Both the position numbers and the translations under genes were made by a program. The notes beneath the pieces are model-generated. The model saw only the letters and a list, made by a program, of their open reading frames with translations, was not told where the DNA came from and searched no databases. Of a DNA stretch of 64,000 nucleotides, positions 36,441 to 49,780 are shown in pieces (position 1 is the first letter of the stretch; every line of letters begins with the position of its first letter). The stretch is from Mobula hypostoma (lineage: Eukaryota): contig NC_086097.1 of assembly GCF_963921235.1 (NCBI RefSeq), positions 53,198,001 through 53,262,000 on the forward strand, read 5' to 3'.

Positions 36441-38256
36441 AGAAACCGGGAAATCGCAGGAAACACGGGAAGAAGTTCCAATGTACAGGTTCAGTGGAGC
36501 CTGACAGAGTTTGACTAGAAAGGCGGCTCAGGTCCAGTGCAGTATATAAAAGTGAACAGATTTAGACTGCGTTCAGATTAACTGTGGTCAAGTATAGTAT
36601 TGGTTTAATTTTACACCTGAGTGACTGCTACATGTGGGCAGCAACTTCCTCGTCTCAAAAATGAGATACTGGGCAGGATGTCTTTGTACTCAATGCCGTG
36701 ATTTTCTTAACCTTTGAGCATGGCATGTATCTTTCCTCTTACTCCTAACCACAAAGATTTACGGCTTATTGTATCTGCTGTACCTGATAGCAAACATAAG
36801 AAACTCTAATTGCTTACCTAGGGAAAGAATATTGCTCCCACCCACCAATAAACATCACACCAGCAATAAATCTCAACCATGCAGGATTAACACCTGAATT
36901 TATTTTGTTTTAAGAGTGCTGCACGTGGCTTTCAAACTGCTGTATAAACTAAAACCAAATTCTATTTGTTTGAACTGAACTGATTATGCATTAGACTGAC
37001 ACCATGAATCAATGCCTAAAAATGGAAGAGAAAAAAAACCAGTAACTTTTAAAACTGGATAAATTTTATGGAGCCACGGGGGTAAGATATTGGATTTCTC
37101 TTTCAAATTTACTACAAACTTTCAGTTCTAGTCCACCTTCCAATTTTATCCCTTCACCAAAATAGAATGTGTTACTGGATCACCAGGAGACAAATTAAAC
37201 CAGCTACTATAACTTTGTACCCTTTGGAAAATTAAGACTCTAATTTAATATTCACACAATATTGGGAAAATAATTTAAATGTTCTGAATGATTTGCTAAA
37301 ATGTTCTGCAAAAGATGGTGATAGTAAACATCATAGTTTGTAGAGATTAAGCAGTAGGTAGCTTACATTTTAAAGTACAAATCTTTAAATGGAAATTGAA
37401 AATGTAATGGATTAAATGTTCAAGCCAAATAAAATCACTGCAGTGAACTATTTATATTCAGTGACTCAATGGCAAGCATGCGTACTTGAAAATCTACCAA
37501 GAAAAACAGATCTGGAGAAGTTCCTTTCTTCCTCCAGTTTGCTCAGACAAAATGAATTGTTCATTTTATATTTCCTCTGAAAACACAAAGCTAAGTTACT
37601 GCAGTATCCATCCAGTTCAGGTCCAGCAGAATACGTTGCAGAAGCAACACTTGACTCACAGTCGCTCACAGCATTGAACTTCTTCAATGTTGTCTTACAA
37701 TGTGACTTTGACCGTTTCTGGCGAATGTCTCCATTGCTGTGAACTGGCCAGCTCTTCCCAGACAAAACCACAACTGCACCCTCCAGAAACAGTTCACTGC
37801 TCCCCGTTTTAAGTTCTCCCCGCCCCAATCCTACAAAAGATGACAGCAATGGTGGGACCATGAGAAAGAGAAGCAACTGCCAAACATTTGCGGCTGTGAT
37901 TCTGACAAGAGCAGCATTATTGCAAAGAGCTACAAAGCAGGAAAATATGCATCCTCCACCACCCCGCCCCTCAAGGGAGCCAGAGGGAGGGAGTCATTTC
38001 CACTGCTCACTCTATTCAGTTACCTGCTTCAAAACAAAGTATGAAGAGAGGACCTCCTTGGTCGTGGATGAAGTGGTGGATGCCAGGAGGTGGTACATTA
38101 GTTTCACAAGAGGCTGAAAGACTTTAGAAAGATATGGCAATGCTGTGGGGAGAAACCTACTTTGTCAGTAGAAGCGCACTGTAAGGTGGCAGCCAGTGCT
38201 GTTTTCGAAGGAAGCTATTTTCCCTTCAGTGTAGCAGAACATTACCACAGTGTAAT

Positions 38257-39196
38257 GTGGTAAATTGGATCAGCAAATTTGCTGATGATACAAAGATTGG
38301 AGGTGTAGTGGACAGTGAGGAAGGTTTTCAAAGTTTGCAGATGGATTTGGACCAGCTGGAAAAATGGGCTGAAAAATGGCAGATGGAGTTTAATACAGAC
38401 AAGTGTGAGGTATTGCATGTTGGAAGGACAAACCAACGTAGAACATACAGGGTTAATGGTAAGGCACCGAGGAGTGCAGTGGAACAGAGAGATCTGGGAA
38501 TACAGATACAAAATTCTCTAAAAGTGGCATCACAGGTAGATAGGGTCGTAAAGAGAGCTTTTGGTACATTGGCCTTTATTAATCAAAGTATTGAGTATAA
38601 GAGCTGGAATGTTATGATGAGGTTGTATAAGGCATTGGTGAGGCCGAATCTGGAGTATTGTGTTCAGTTTTGGTCACCAAATTACAGGAAGGATATAAAT
38701 AAGGTTGGAAGAGTGCAGAGAAGGTTTACAAGGATGATGCCGGGACTTGAGAAACTCAGTTACAGAGAAAGGTTGAATAGGTTAGGACTTTATTCCCTGG
38801 AGCGTAGAAGAATGAGGGGAGATTTGATAGAGGTATATAACATTATGATGGGTATAGATAGAGTGAATGCAAGCAGGCTTTTTCCTCTGAGGCAAAGGGA
38901 GAAAAAAACCAGAGGACATAGGTTAAGGGTGAAGGGGGAAAAGTTTAAAGGGAACATTGGGGCGGGGGCTTCTTCACACAGAGAGTGGTGGGAGTGTGGA
39001 ATGAGCTGCCAGATGAGGTGGTAAATGCGGGTTCTTTTTTAACATTTAAGAATAAATTGGACAGATACATGGATGGGAGGTGTATGGAGGGATATGGTCC
39101 GTGTGCAGGTCAGTGGGACTAGGCAGAAAATGGTTCGGCACAGCCAAGGAGGGCCAAAAAGCCTGTTTCTGTGCTGTAGTTTTTCTATGGTTTCTA
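38257..39196 (+). mobile_element. Young CR1 3' fragment with a 255-aa open RT C-terminus
   Basis: KFADDTKIGG..WQMEFN..LYKALVRPNLEYCVQFWSP..RMRGDLIEVY; TTTCTATGGTTTCTA tail. Confidence 0.93.
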
Positions 39197-39437
39197 ACCT
39201 GAGCTGTGGTGGTCTCAATATTTCAGAGTTTCAGAGATGATCCTCATGGAATCCTGGAGATGGGCAACTACCACTGTGAAATTGCTCCTGAACCAAGTAA
39301 ATGTAGAAAAAACGATGGATGCAGATTCAAAGTGATGGGCGTCATGCAAGGAAAACAAATTTTCATTGCTCAATAAAACATAGGCTGGAAATGACTGGAT
39401 CTGACTGCGTGCAGTGGTGGTGGAAACACAAAGCACA

Positions 39438-39722
39438 GTCAGAATCAGATTTATTATCACCAGCATGTGTTGTGAAATTTATTAACTTAGCAGCAGCAGT
39501 TCAATGCAATACAGAGTATAAAAGAAAATAAATAAGCAAATTGCAGTATATGTGTATTGAATAGATTAAAAACCGTTCCTAAACAGAAATGATATATATT
39601 AAAAAAGTGAGGTAGTGTTCACGGGTTCAATGTCCATTTGGGAATCGGACGGCAGACGGGAAGAAGCTGTTCCTGAATCACTGAGTGTATGCCTTCAGGC
39701 TTCTGTACCTCCTACCTGATGG
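39438..39722 (-). mobile_element. Rex1/Babar-like LINE 3' end
   Basis: cagaatcagatttattatc tail; PSGRRYRSLKA coding remnant. Confidence 0.75.
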
Positions 39723-41156
39723 CATTTGAAAGAGAATTGGACTGGCACTTGAGGAAAAGGTAATTTTCAGGATGATAGAGAAGTTAAGGAAGGGGCAATG
39801 CAGTGGTTGGAGGATATGAGAGTCACTCTTAATTGTTATGCAAGTCCAGGAATTGAATGGTTTACACTTCCATTCTGTGTCATTGTCCTCACATTTTCTA
39901 AGAATGGAAACCCAAGCAATTTGGAAATTCACATGAAAATGTAAACAGCCAAAACTTAATTGCAAAGGAATGACAAGGCCACTACGGACTAGAGAGAGCC
40001 ACTAGCTGGGTGCTTTGCATACACTTAAAAATATTGAATTGGTTTATAATTGTGGTTAACGCAACAAGGCTTCAGAGCAGAATAGTTCCCTGAATGCAAA
40101 GCATTCTAATGTTCCAGCGATTCAGCAGCTTAAGTAGGACATTGAAACAACATTGAAATCATACCATCCCCTAACCAAACCCTGCCCTTCACAACCTTCT
40201 TCAAAGATTTTATGACAGGGAAAACAGAAATTGTGTTGTGGTTGAAAAGAAAGACAAGAAACCAGTAGTTATTTCCCCAGGGTGCCTGATATTCAGTTCC
40301 AGTGATACCCCCTCCCCCACCTCACACAATTTTGGAACTATAGATCCATCTTTCCAGACAATGTAAAGGTGATCAATGGCTATGAAGTTTCCACTCTGGA
40401 ACCATAAACTATACATGCTGAGGTTCTGTTCTTCGACCCACAAAGGGCACAGAAGTTATAAGTGACGTTTCAGCAGCAACAACACCATATCAGTATGTGC
40501 TCCCATGTTAATCCTACGACTGTTCTAACGCTACTTTCCAACAGGAGCTGAGGATACAGGGAAAAGGCAGATACTTGGATTTTGAACATTATCGGCCATA
40601 ACTCACTGATGCTGGAAAGTAAAGCCGAAGCTTGTAGGCAAATGCCAGCAGCGCAGCGTAAAACCCACCAGCATTTAGTCCCAGTCAGTACCAGAAATTT
40701 GAGGCTTTCTGACAAACTGGCAGAAACCCACTACCACATATCACTGCTGTGTTCTGACTCTGGACTTAACTTAAGAGCCCAACGGCAGAGCACAGTCATG
40801 GTATTATGCTGGGAAATCTGCTCACCAAGAAACAGGGACACTATTCATTTGAATGGGGCCGGGGTGGGGGGGGGGGGGGTATGCGGCCAGTGAATGGCTG
40901 CAACTGGGAAGGATATTACAATTAACATAGGTTCGAATTAATTTTTAAAGCATCTTTAAACAATAGAAAATGTCTAAGTGTTCAATTCATTTACCACTTT
41001 TAATTTAAAAAGGCAATTAAAAAAAAAATATTGGATTTGAATGCCTATGAATGCCCTTGATGATTACTGAAGTCTGAGGGCATAATTTTGTTGTCCAAGT
41101 GCTTTTCTCAGCTCTCTCATGGGCAGTGCCTCAGCACAATTTGCTTGTCCTTCTAC

Positions 41157-41209
41157 CAAGCCTCACTGTTCCGAACTGGGTTATCAAGCCTCACTGTTCC
41201 GAACTGGGT
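41157..41209. repeat. Perfect 25-bp direct duplication with a 3-nt spacer
   Basis: caagcctcactgttccgaactgggt at 41157-41181 and 41185-41209. Confidence 0.9.
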
Positions 41210-42054
41210 GAGACAACAGCAACAAAATAGAAACATCTTCAGTCAGGACCAATGCCATTGAGCTTGAGCACTTCACTGTTGCCCCAAGTTCTGGCCATGG
41301 TCTCTGTTTAGGTTACGGATATAGTTGGGACCACATTGGTGACTCTTTCCCCATTTATTTTTCCCCCCAAAATTAAAAGAAAATTAAATCACAAATACAA
41401 GGCATGGTTACGATGACTGGAGCATCAAATTTACTAGCAATAAGTAGAAAATGCTGTTTATTTTTATTTCTGCATAGATTAATTGAGGAGATAAATACAG
41501 TCACCAATGGTGTGGTAATGGCAGCTTGCCCTGGGAATTATGAATATAGTCCTTGGATCAGACCTTAAATGGTAAACAATTTGATAGTTAAATGAATATT
41601 GCCAGCCTAGAAATTGTGTCATATGTGTATTCCTGCATGTACTTAAAAACAGAGCTAGGGAATACCATCGGTTAGTTAAATCATTTTCTCATCTGAAACC
41701 TTAATAAGGCAGATTTACAAACACCCGCTGCCCCCGGACACACACACACACACACATTAAAATAGTAAACTTATGTCATGCTGCAATGTGTTTGCTCAAA
41801 AATACCTTTATGGAATATGTGAAATTGTCCATAGGCATTCTGGGCACAATGCCCACCACCCCCACCCCTTCACCCCCAAGCAGCCACATGACATCATGCA
41901 GCTTAAATGCTCAGAGGTTGTTTATAGCTGTTAAAATGAGGTTGAGGATTTTAACAAGCACATCTCTACCAAGATGTTTAAACCTGTTCCCTCAGACTAT
42001 CTGAAATTACATTATACGTAACATTTAATCAAAAGTTCTGAAGTATTTACTTAC

Positions 42055-42162
42055 TTGCAAAGCTGCAAACATCATCATTTCCTCCTCTGTGCACTCGATT
42101 TCTTCTAGAAGAATTGACCATTTAGCTTGTTCAAAAAGCTGATTGATTCTCACTGCATCGTA
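42055..42162 (-). CDS. FERMT2: FERMT2 coding exon (~exon 7, 108 nt): [36 protein letters not shown]
   Basis: Kindlin F2 sequence; acceptor ttgcag|TAC, donor CAA|gtaagt; phase 0/0. Confidence 0.97.
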
Positions 42163-42990
42163 CTGCAATTGCAAAGGAAAACAAAACTTCAAGAATTAGC
42201 ATATCTTGTCTAAATGTGTACTCTTGCATGCCAGCTAAATAACTCTGTAAGTTCTTTATTATTAAGGTTTCTGTGGTTAAAGTATTCATACTACTCCAGT
42301 TACAAACAACAAAAACAATGGCATTGTAAGTTATGTTTTGTATGGGAATTGGATTATTTTCAATAATATCTCAAGTCAAACATTGCCCTGTAATTTTGAG
42401 GATTTATATTCAAATTCTCTATTTCTGTTATAATCTGTGTAAGGTTATAGCAAAAACTGAGAAAGCTATAAGGGTTTAGATAAAACAAATTCATCTCTGT
42501 AATCTGTATGCCCTGCATTTGACAGAAATGTATTCTTGCTTTCTTTTCTGCCATGATTAAATATTTCATGAAAACAGTAATGTGCTTGGAAGACAAATAA
42601 CTAAAACACAAAAGTAGGTCTGATGACAATAACTCAAATTCTCTCTGCCTCTCCCACAGATGCTTTTCAATCTATTGAGCTCTGCCAACATTTTATGTTT
42701 GTTGCAACAGAAAGATAGAGTGGTTTGATTAGTAATAGAAAATTAATCTGCAACAGTATTGGTTTAATTGGTTTTTGTGCTATGTAGCCAGATGTCTGTC
42801 ACGGGTTTTAACAGTGATGAAGATTTAATTATACATTTCACTGAAACAAGTGAAGTTAGCACAAAACTAGTTTCAATCAGTCTTTCAGTTACATTGAAAA
42901 TGTACATCACATGTCACTGCTCTATATAAAGCTTTAAAATAGTTTTGAAGTACATAATAAATGGCTCCTCAATACATTAAAACAACTTAC

Positions 42991-43093
42991 TTTTGGATTT
43001 AAATCAAAGAAGCTGTAATATTTGAATCTGAGCAATAACACTTCATTATCTTTTACGTCCTGCTCCATCAGAGACCTTGATGAATCTAGCCAT
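42991..43093 (-). CDS. FERMT2: FERMT2 coding exon (~exon 6, 103 nt): (G)[34 protein letters not shown]
   Basis: Kindlin F1 sequence; acceptor ttgtag|A, donor AAA|gtaagt; phase 2/0. Confidence 0.97.
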
Positions 43094-43192
43094 CTACAAG
43101 AAAATATACCAAGTTGAAATAAATTGATGCTGGTATGGATTTCGTGCTTGAAAGAGAACAGAAAAAGTACAGAAGGAAATACTGATGCTTAC

Positions 43193-43418
43193 CCTTTATT
43201 AATCTTCGCTTTATCGAGTAGTGACTGTGGCTTGAATAGCTGTGCCAAAATATCGGGAGAGGTGATTGGCTGGCTCACAGCAAGAACACTGGGATTGCCT
43301 TCTGAGAGAGGGCTGTCACCAAACCAGGCGGAGGTTGGAGAAAGTGGACTACCATCTCTTGAGTCATAAGTTGGTGTCATTGTTTTGCTGTACAATCCTG
43401 GACTTGAATAAATACTCC
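43193..43418 (-). CDS. FERMT2: FERMT2 coding exon (~exon 5, 226 nt): (G)[35 protein letters not shown]...KAKINK(G)
   Basis: F1-loop sequence characteristic of kindlin-2 rather than FERMT1/3; acceptor ctatcag|GG, donor GG|gtaagc; phase 1/2. Confidence 0.97.
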
Positions 43419-43613
43419 CTGATAGAAACAGTATAATATAACTTTCTTCAACTAAATGTCACTTTTAGTTAGCAAGATGGATAATTGCAGAATTAGAGTT
43501 ACATACTCAGAAAAGGAGTATCAAAAATCAAAAAAATAAATACAGTACGAATATCTGAACATGACACAACAATGCATTTTATTATAAAAATCAATAATAA
43601 ATTGAAAGCTTAC

Positions 43614-43646
43614 CTTTTGACGGACCAATATAAAGAACATCAGAGC
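43614..43646 (-). CDS. FERMT2: Putative alternative 33-nt FERMT2 microexon: (G)SDVLYIGPSK(G)
   Basis: Long polypyrimidine tract ending cctcttcctgtag, consensus donor AAG|gtaagc, 33 nt, stop-free in phase 1/1 matching the next exon. Confidence 0.8.
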
Positions 43647-45619
43647 CTACAGGAAGAGGAGGAAAAGAGGAAATGAGAAGGACAGGACAGAGCACAGGAA
43701 AAGGCAGGGCATAGCGTGGAGTGATTAGGCAGAGCGAAGAGTGATCAGCAGAGTATGATGACATGCTTAAAGAAATCAGTGACAGGAACAATCATATAAA
43801 CACATTTATCGTGACCCGTCATGAAGCTGGCTGAATTTTAGTACTACTAGTATCAGCATGGGTGCTACACATTTCAAGCAAGCGAATGAAGCAACTGATG
43901 AAAAAGAAATTCAATACAACAAAAGCATTTGAAATTCAAATATTTACTTTGATTCTTCTTAGGCATCATATTTCATTCATCTTAAGATGGCTCCAGATAT
44001 AACATTCTTCCATATAACTATAATGCCTTTAACATTTTCCACCTACTAAATATTTTTGTTGAGTGAGAAGGGAGAGATTGATTTACAAACAGCGGGAAAA
44101 TTACAACAGATTAAATGATTTTTACATTTGCTATTACTTTACAGTTTTATGCCTAAAAATCTAAAAAGAGATGACGTTCTTTTAAGACAATTATGGCTGC
44201 AATATCAATGCAACTAACAGTTTCCTTTCTTGTATTACCAAATTACTCAGTAGCCCAATTACAATCTTCTCACCATTTTGTTGATGTTTTGCTATAATTT
44301 TTCTAAATTTTGTTTTGTAAAGATTCCTATTCCAGTTTTTCCACCAAAATTATATTTCAGTTCACGCTTTCTGGGGATTCCTTAATTTCTAATATGATCA
44401 AGAATCTTATATTCCAGAAATAGCTTAGAAAGTCACTACTGGTGCATCGATCTCACAGGAGAGGGTAGGGTCCAGATTAAATAGATGCTGATAAGGAACA
44501 CTTTACCTACCTCTTTGAGAAGATAGCTGGGCTTCCAATCAACCTATTTCCAGAAACTGCAATCCTCTTGGTTGAAATATTACTGCCAGGAAATTTCTCA
44601 TTCACTGGTCTAAGATTTTGACATTGCTCTTGATCATTATAGTGCAGGAAGGCAAGTAACCATTACAGAGCAGATGTGTCGACTTTTGTGGGGTTCCCAC
44701 CAGCTGGATTCTGGAAATTTTCTGCGGCCGTCTTTACCATAAATTGCCTGGTTAGTATTTAAGACTGAGTTTTAAGACTTTAGGGACTCCAGTCAGTCAG
44801 ACACAGGTTTTGTCTGAATTCACTTTAGTAGAATTGTCCAAGGTACTATTTCCAGTTAAAGTCAATGGGATCACATTCTCCAAAGAACTACTGAATAGGA
44901 ATTTTTAAATTGATAGCTCTATGACACCTTTCCAATGCTGCTGTCATTTCCAAAAATTAAATTACATTTTTAATATCCACTGTTAAAAATATGAATGATT
45001 TCAACTTTAATTCACCGATTGTACTGACTGTAACACAAGTGGCTCAGTAGCAAGTGTTCTTGAGTGGCAAGTAGTGCCCTCTTCACACAACTGCGAAACA
45101 AGGATCCATTTGGAGAAATCTTTCAACCATTTTCCTGGACACTCAAATGACATTGCCTTCATCAGCTGAGAACTTGACCTCCTTCCCCCCACCCCAGCCT
45201 ACTCCAACATGTGAGACCACATCAATGACCAGACACTTAATAGCAAATTCTTGGTAAATTCAGCGACTGCAGCAACAGTTCAGAGGACTCTACGGCAATG
45301 GTTGATCACCTGGCTTCCCCAAGATACTTTACATCTACAAAATAGAAACCAGAAACTTGAAAAATACGACAAATGACTTGACAAGTGTAGTTGTAACATC
45401 ACAGGCTTGATTTTACCCAGGTCAAAGTAGTCCACTTAACTAATAGCCCATCCATCACCTTAAATATTCCCCCTTCTGGCACTGCCTAGCAATGCAAACC
45501 ACCGACAAATTACAACACAGCAATATGGCAAGTCATCTTTGACAACTTCTCCCAAATGCAACCTCCATTACCTAGGACAAAGTCAATAACCTTAGGTGAC
45601 TCGGTCATGTAGGTAGTTG

Positions 45620-45895
45620 ATATGGCAGTGTACTGGTTAGCATTAATGCTCTACGGTGGCAGCAATCAGCGATAGCATTCAACCCGTGTGACAGCATGGG
45701 TTTCCTCCGCATGCTCTGGTTTCCTCCCACATTCCAAACACATACGGTTCAGCTTAGTAAGTTGTGAGCATGCTGTGTTGGCTCTGGAAGAGTGGAGACA
45801 CTTGCGGTTGCCCCCAGCACATTGTAAAAGACGACGCAAATGATGTTTTTCACTGTATGCTTTGATGAACGTGACAAATAAAGCTAATATTTAAT
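45620..45895 (+). mobile_element. V-SINE-type element, degenerate
   Basis: Central domain GGGTTTCCTCCGCATGCTCTGGTTTCCTCCCACATTCCAAA; 3' end GTGACAAATAAAGCTAAT. Confidence 0.75.
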
Positions 45896-46639
45896 ATTTT
45901 TAGCATCTCTTCCAAGTCGAATACGACTTCCTTGCCAGGAATATTCTCAACAGTGCAACAGCAAATCCTCACGATGACTGTTGAACTGAAGTGATCAAAG
46001 TTTCCTGGAGATGTTGTAGGTTCTGGAATTTACAGCCAAAAGGAAACCAAAGTGCTTCAGAAACACAGTTTATTGTGCAGTATCTGTGATGGGGGGAAAG
46101 GAATTGTCGACTTTTTGGATCAAGACACAGGAGAGGGCTGAATAATTTACATTTTTACTCACAAAGAACTTCCATCCCCACAGAAAATGAAATAAACAGT
46201 TAAATTACAATTTAATTTAGACAGGACATATGAGCCTTTGATTGGCTTGAATCCAAACTACAAAAAAATGATGGTTATGAATTTGTCCAAAATCATCTGA
46301 GGCACATGATCTGCTGCTCATGACTGTACACAGTTTGTTTCATCTAATCATCTGCAAGAAAATTCCAACTCATTTTGCATCTTGGAAAGAATTGCCAGCA
46401 CAACACCTCAGCTCTTGAAATCAAACCATCTTCCAGCTACCACGCAACACTCCATTTGAGTGAAAAGTGAGATATAAGAAAATGCCGATATTGCAATGTG
46501 GAGCAAAAAAATCAAAGTGCTGAAGGAACTCAGTCAGTCAGGCAGCAATTATGGAGGCACAGGGGTAGTTGATATTTCAGATCAAAACCCCACATCCTGA
46601 GCCAAGACTGTATGGCAGAGATGGCCAGTGTATAGCCTA

Positions 46640-47612
46640 TAACTGTGTGGCTAAGCATAGCTCCAATGCCATATTCAAGTTTGCTTATGGACACCACTGT
46701 TCTTGGCTGAATCAAAGGTGGCGATGAATCAGCATACAGGAGAGAGATTGAAAATTTGGCTGAGTGCTGTCCTAACAACAACCTCCATTCAATGTCAGCA
46801 AGACTAAAAAACTTATTATAGACTTCAGTTAAGGGAAACCAGAGGTCCACGAGCAAGTCCTCAGAGGATCAGAGGTGGAAAGTGGGAGCAGCTTTAAATT
46901 CCTGGGTGTTACTATCTAGAAGGGCCTGTCCTGGATGCAGCATGCAAGTGCAATTGCAAAGAAAACATGGCAGTGCCTCTACTTCCTCAGGAGTCTGCAG
47001 TTCAGCATGATATCTAAAAACTTTGACAAACTCCTATAGATGTGTAGTGGAGAGTATACTGACTGGCTGCATCATGGCCTGGTAAGAAAACACCAATAGA
47101 AAATCTTACAAAAGGTATTGGATTCAGCCCAGTACATCATGGTAAAACCCTCCCAGCCATTGAGCACATCTACATGAAACGTTGCTGTAGGAGAGCAGCA
47201 TCTATCATGAAATAGCCCTGGCACCCAGATCATGCTCTCTCCTCACTGCTGCCATTGGGTAGAAGATACAGGAGCCTCAAGATGCACACCACCAGGTACA
47301 AGAATAGCTACTACCCCTTAACCATCAGGCTCTCGAATCGAAGGAGAAAACTACACTCACTTGTCCCATCAATGAAGTGTTCCCACTTTAAGGACTCTTC
47401 ATCTCATTAGCTCATGTTCTTGTTATTTATTGCTATTTATTTATATTTGTATTTACACAGTTTGTTGACTTCTGCACTCTGGTTGACCTTTCATTGATCC
47501 TGTTATAGTTACTATTCTACAGATTTGCTGAGTATGCCCACAGGAAAATGGACCTCAGGGCTGTATACAGTGCCATATATGCACTGTACTTTGATAATAA
47601 AACTTGCTCTGA
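46640..47612 (+). mobile_element. Rex1/Babar-like LINE RT C-terminus and 3' UTR, degenerate
   Basis: LAEC..NNLH..NVSKTK, FKFLGV, LLPLGRRYRS motifs; AATAAA and CTGAAC tail near 47600. Confidence 0.8.
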
Positions 47613-47789
47613 ACTCAGAGAGGGATGAGTTAGGCAAGATCTGGCAGTCACAAGGGAGACATCCTTATCCGAGATGCCAAGGCATCCAATGCTCCCTCAG
47701 CACCAACACCTCCCCTCTTCCCTCCTCCAGTTAAACATGTGGATAAACAACACAGGATACCAGATACATCCTCTCCTTGCCCTACACCT

Positions 47790-49328
47790 GCCATCCACAC
47801 CTCCACATACCAACTGCTACTGTCCTGATCTTCACCTCCCCCAACCCCTACCTTCCACCAAATCCCCAGTCATCATGGACTCACCTTCACTACTGAGCAT
47901 GTGAGAAGGGCTTTGGGGAAACTCAGACACGGCAAAGCATTGGGACCGGATGGTGTGAACCCCAATGTCCTGAAACAGTGCGCTGAGCAGTTGTGTGGAG
48001 TTCTCCAGTGCATTTTTCAGTCCGAGTCTCAGCCTGGAAATGTGTGGTGGCAGTACTCAAGAAATCGAAAGTCTTGGGGAATGACTACAGTCCTGTGGCC
48101 CTGACCTCACACATCATGAAGACCCTAGAGAGGCTGGTCCTGGCTCACCTCAGACCCCTAGTCAGATCAGCCTCGATCCCCTGCAGTTCGCCTAACAAGA
48201 GCACACTGGAGTTGATGATGCTTGTCTTCTACCCGATGGACAGAGCCTACTCCCATTTCAATAAGTGGGGCAACCATGTGAGGATCATGTGTTTTGTTTC
48301 CTCAAGGGCCTTCAAAATCATACAGCCCTCATTGTTGAGGGAAAAGCCCCACTCAATGCAGATTGGCACTTCATTTGTATCCTGGATAATGAACTACCTG
48401 ACTGACAGACCACAGTTTGTGCAGCTTCAGAGCTGTGTGTCAGACATGGCTCTAAGCAGCACTGGTGCCCCCACAGGGGACTGTATTGGCTCCATTCCTG
48501 TTTACCCTGTATACCTCAGACTTTAGATACAATACTGAGTCATGTCATCTGCAGAAAGTCTCTGTTGACAGCATTAGTTGGGCGTATAAAGGGAGGACAG
48601 GAGGATGAATACAGGGCCCCGGTGGAGCACTTTGTCAAATAGTGCAAGCTGAATCATCTGCAGCTCAACATCAGTCACACAAAGGAGATGATGATTGACT
48701 TTAGGAAGACTAAACCTGCACTGCTTCCTGTTACTATTGATGATGAGGACCTACAACTACCTGGGGGAGCACCTGGATGACAGATTCTACTTCCTGAGGA
48801 GACTAAGATCCTTTGGAGTATGCAGGCCTCTCCTTCACGAGTTCTACCAGTACGTTGTCACCAGTACAATCTTCCATGTGGTGGTGTGCTACAGCATCAC
48901 CACGGGTGATGCCAATAGGCTCAATAAACTGATTAGAAAGGCTGGTTCTGTTATAGGAGTCAAACTGGACACACTGGAGGTTGTGGTAGAACAAAGGACC
49001 CTCCAGAAAATCCTGGCAATTCTGGACAATGTTCCTCACTCTCTGCATGCCATCTTGGCTGAATAGAGGAGCACATTCAGTAATAGACTAAGACAACTGT
49101 GCTGCTCCAAAGAGCACTATATGAGGTCATTCTTACTCACAGCCATAAGGCTCTATAATGTCAACCTATAGCTGGGGAAGTGATGATCCCCCTCCTGTTA
49201 GACTGTTTAGTGTATCCTGTTTTTTTTACAATTCTTCTTACTTCTCTTCTAATATTGTACATCTGTGAACTTGTAATGTTACTGTGACACTGTAATTTTC
49301 CTTGGGATCAATAAGTATCTATCTATCT
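47790..49328 (+). mobile_element. Rex1/Babar LINE RT, degenerate
   Basis: KALGPDGV, NDYSPVALTSHIMKTLERLVL, STGAP, YFLRRLRSFGV; (TATC)n tail at 49317-49328. Confidence 0.85.
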
Positions 49329-49751
49329 TGCACAAATGTAAATGGAATGTTCATGTGGGCAACTTGCCAAAGCATGAACTTCCTTCAAACAGAACAAATC
49401 CATCACATTGCTCTCCCTATTTCCACTCTCAATATCTAAATTGCCAAATCCAGACCATCCTATTCTCTGTACCAGCTGGCAAGTTGAAGACTAAGAAACC
49501 AACTTAAAATCATTCCCATGCCTGAAAATTGAAAAATCGTTTAATCTTCAAAATTATTCAAACTCCTTTCAATAGAAATTAAAATACAGATTTGTTTACA
49601 CTTAATCATACAAAAGATGATTCAAGATATTACTAACTTAAACAATCAGAAATATGCCAACTACAAATACATTTCTTTCAGAAGAGCGCAGATTTCATTA
49701 GATGCAAAATATGCCATTTACAACACAACCACCACCACATCCTTTTGTTTT

Positions 49752-49780
49752 AAAAGTAAAAGTAAAAGTAAAAGTAAAAG
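49752..49780. repeat. (AAAAGT)n microsatellite
   Basis: About five tandem copies. Confidence 0.85.

Noticed and set aside
36818..36893. Strong minus-strand donor AG|GTAAGC suggesting a cryptic or poison exon
   Set aside because: The candidate acceptor lacks a pyrimidine tract and the phase-0 frame has a stop; unsupported without RNA data.
37466..37876. 136-aa minus-strand ORF as a nested gene
   Set aside because: No recognisable domain or exon structure; a length expected by chance.
40270..40300. IRHPGE peptide resembling the upstream FERMT2 exon start (IRHPEE)
   Set aside because: Out of exon order, no suitable acceptor and no further similarity.
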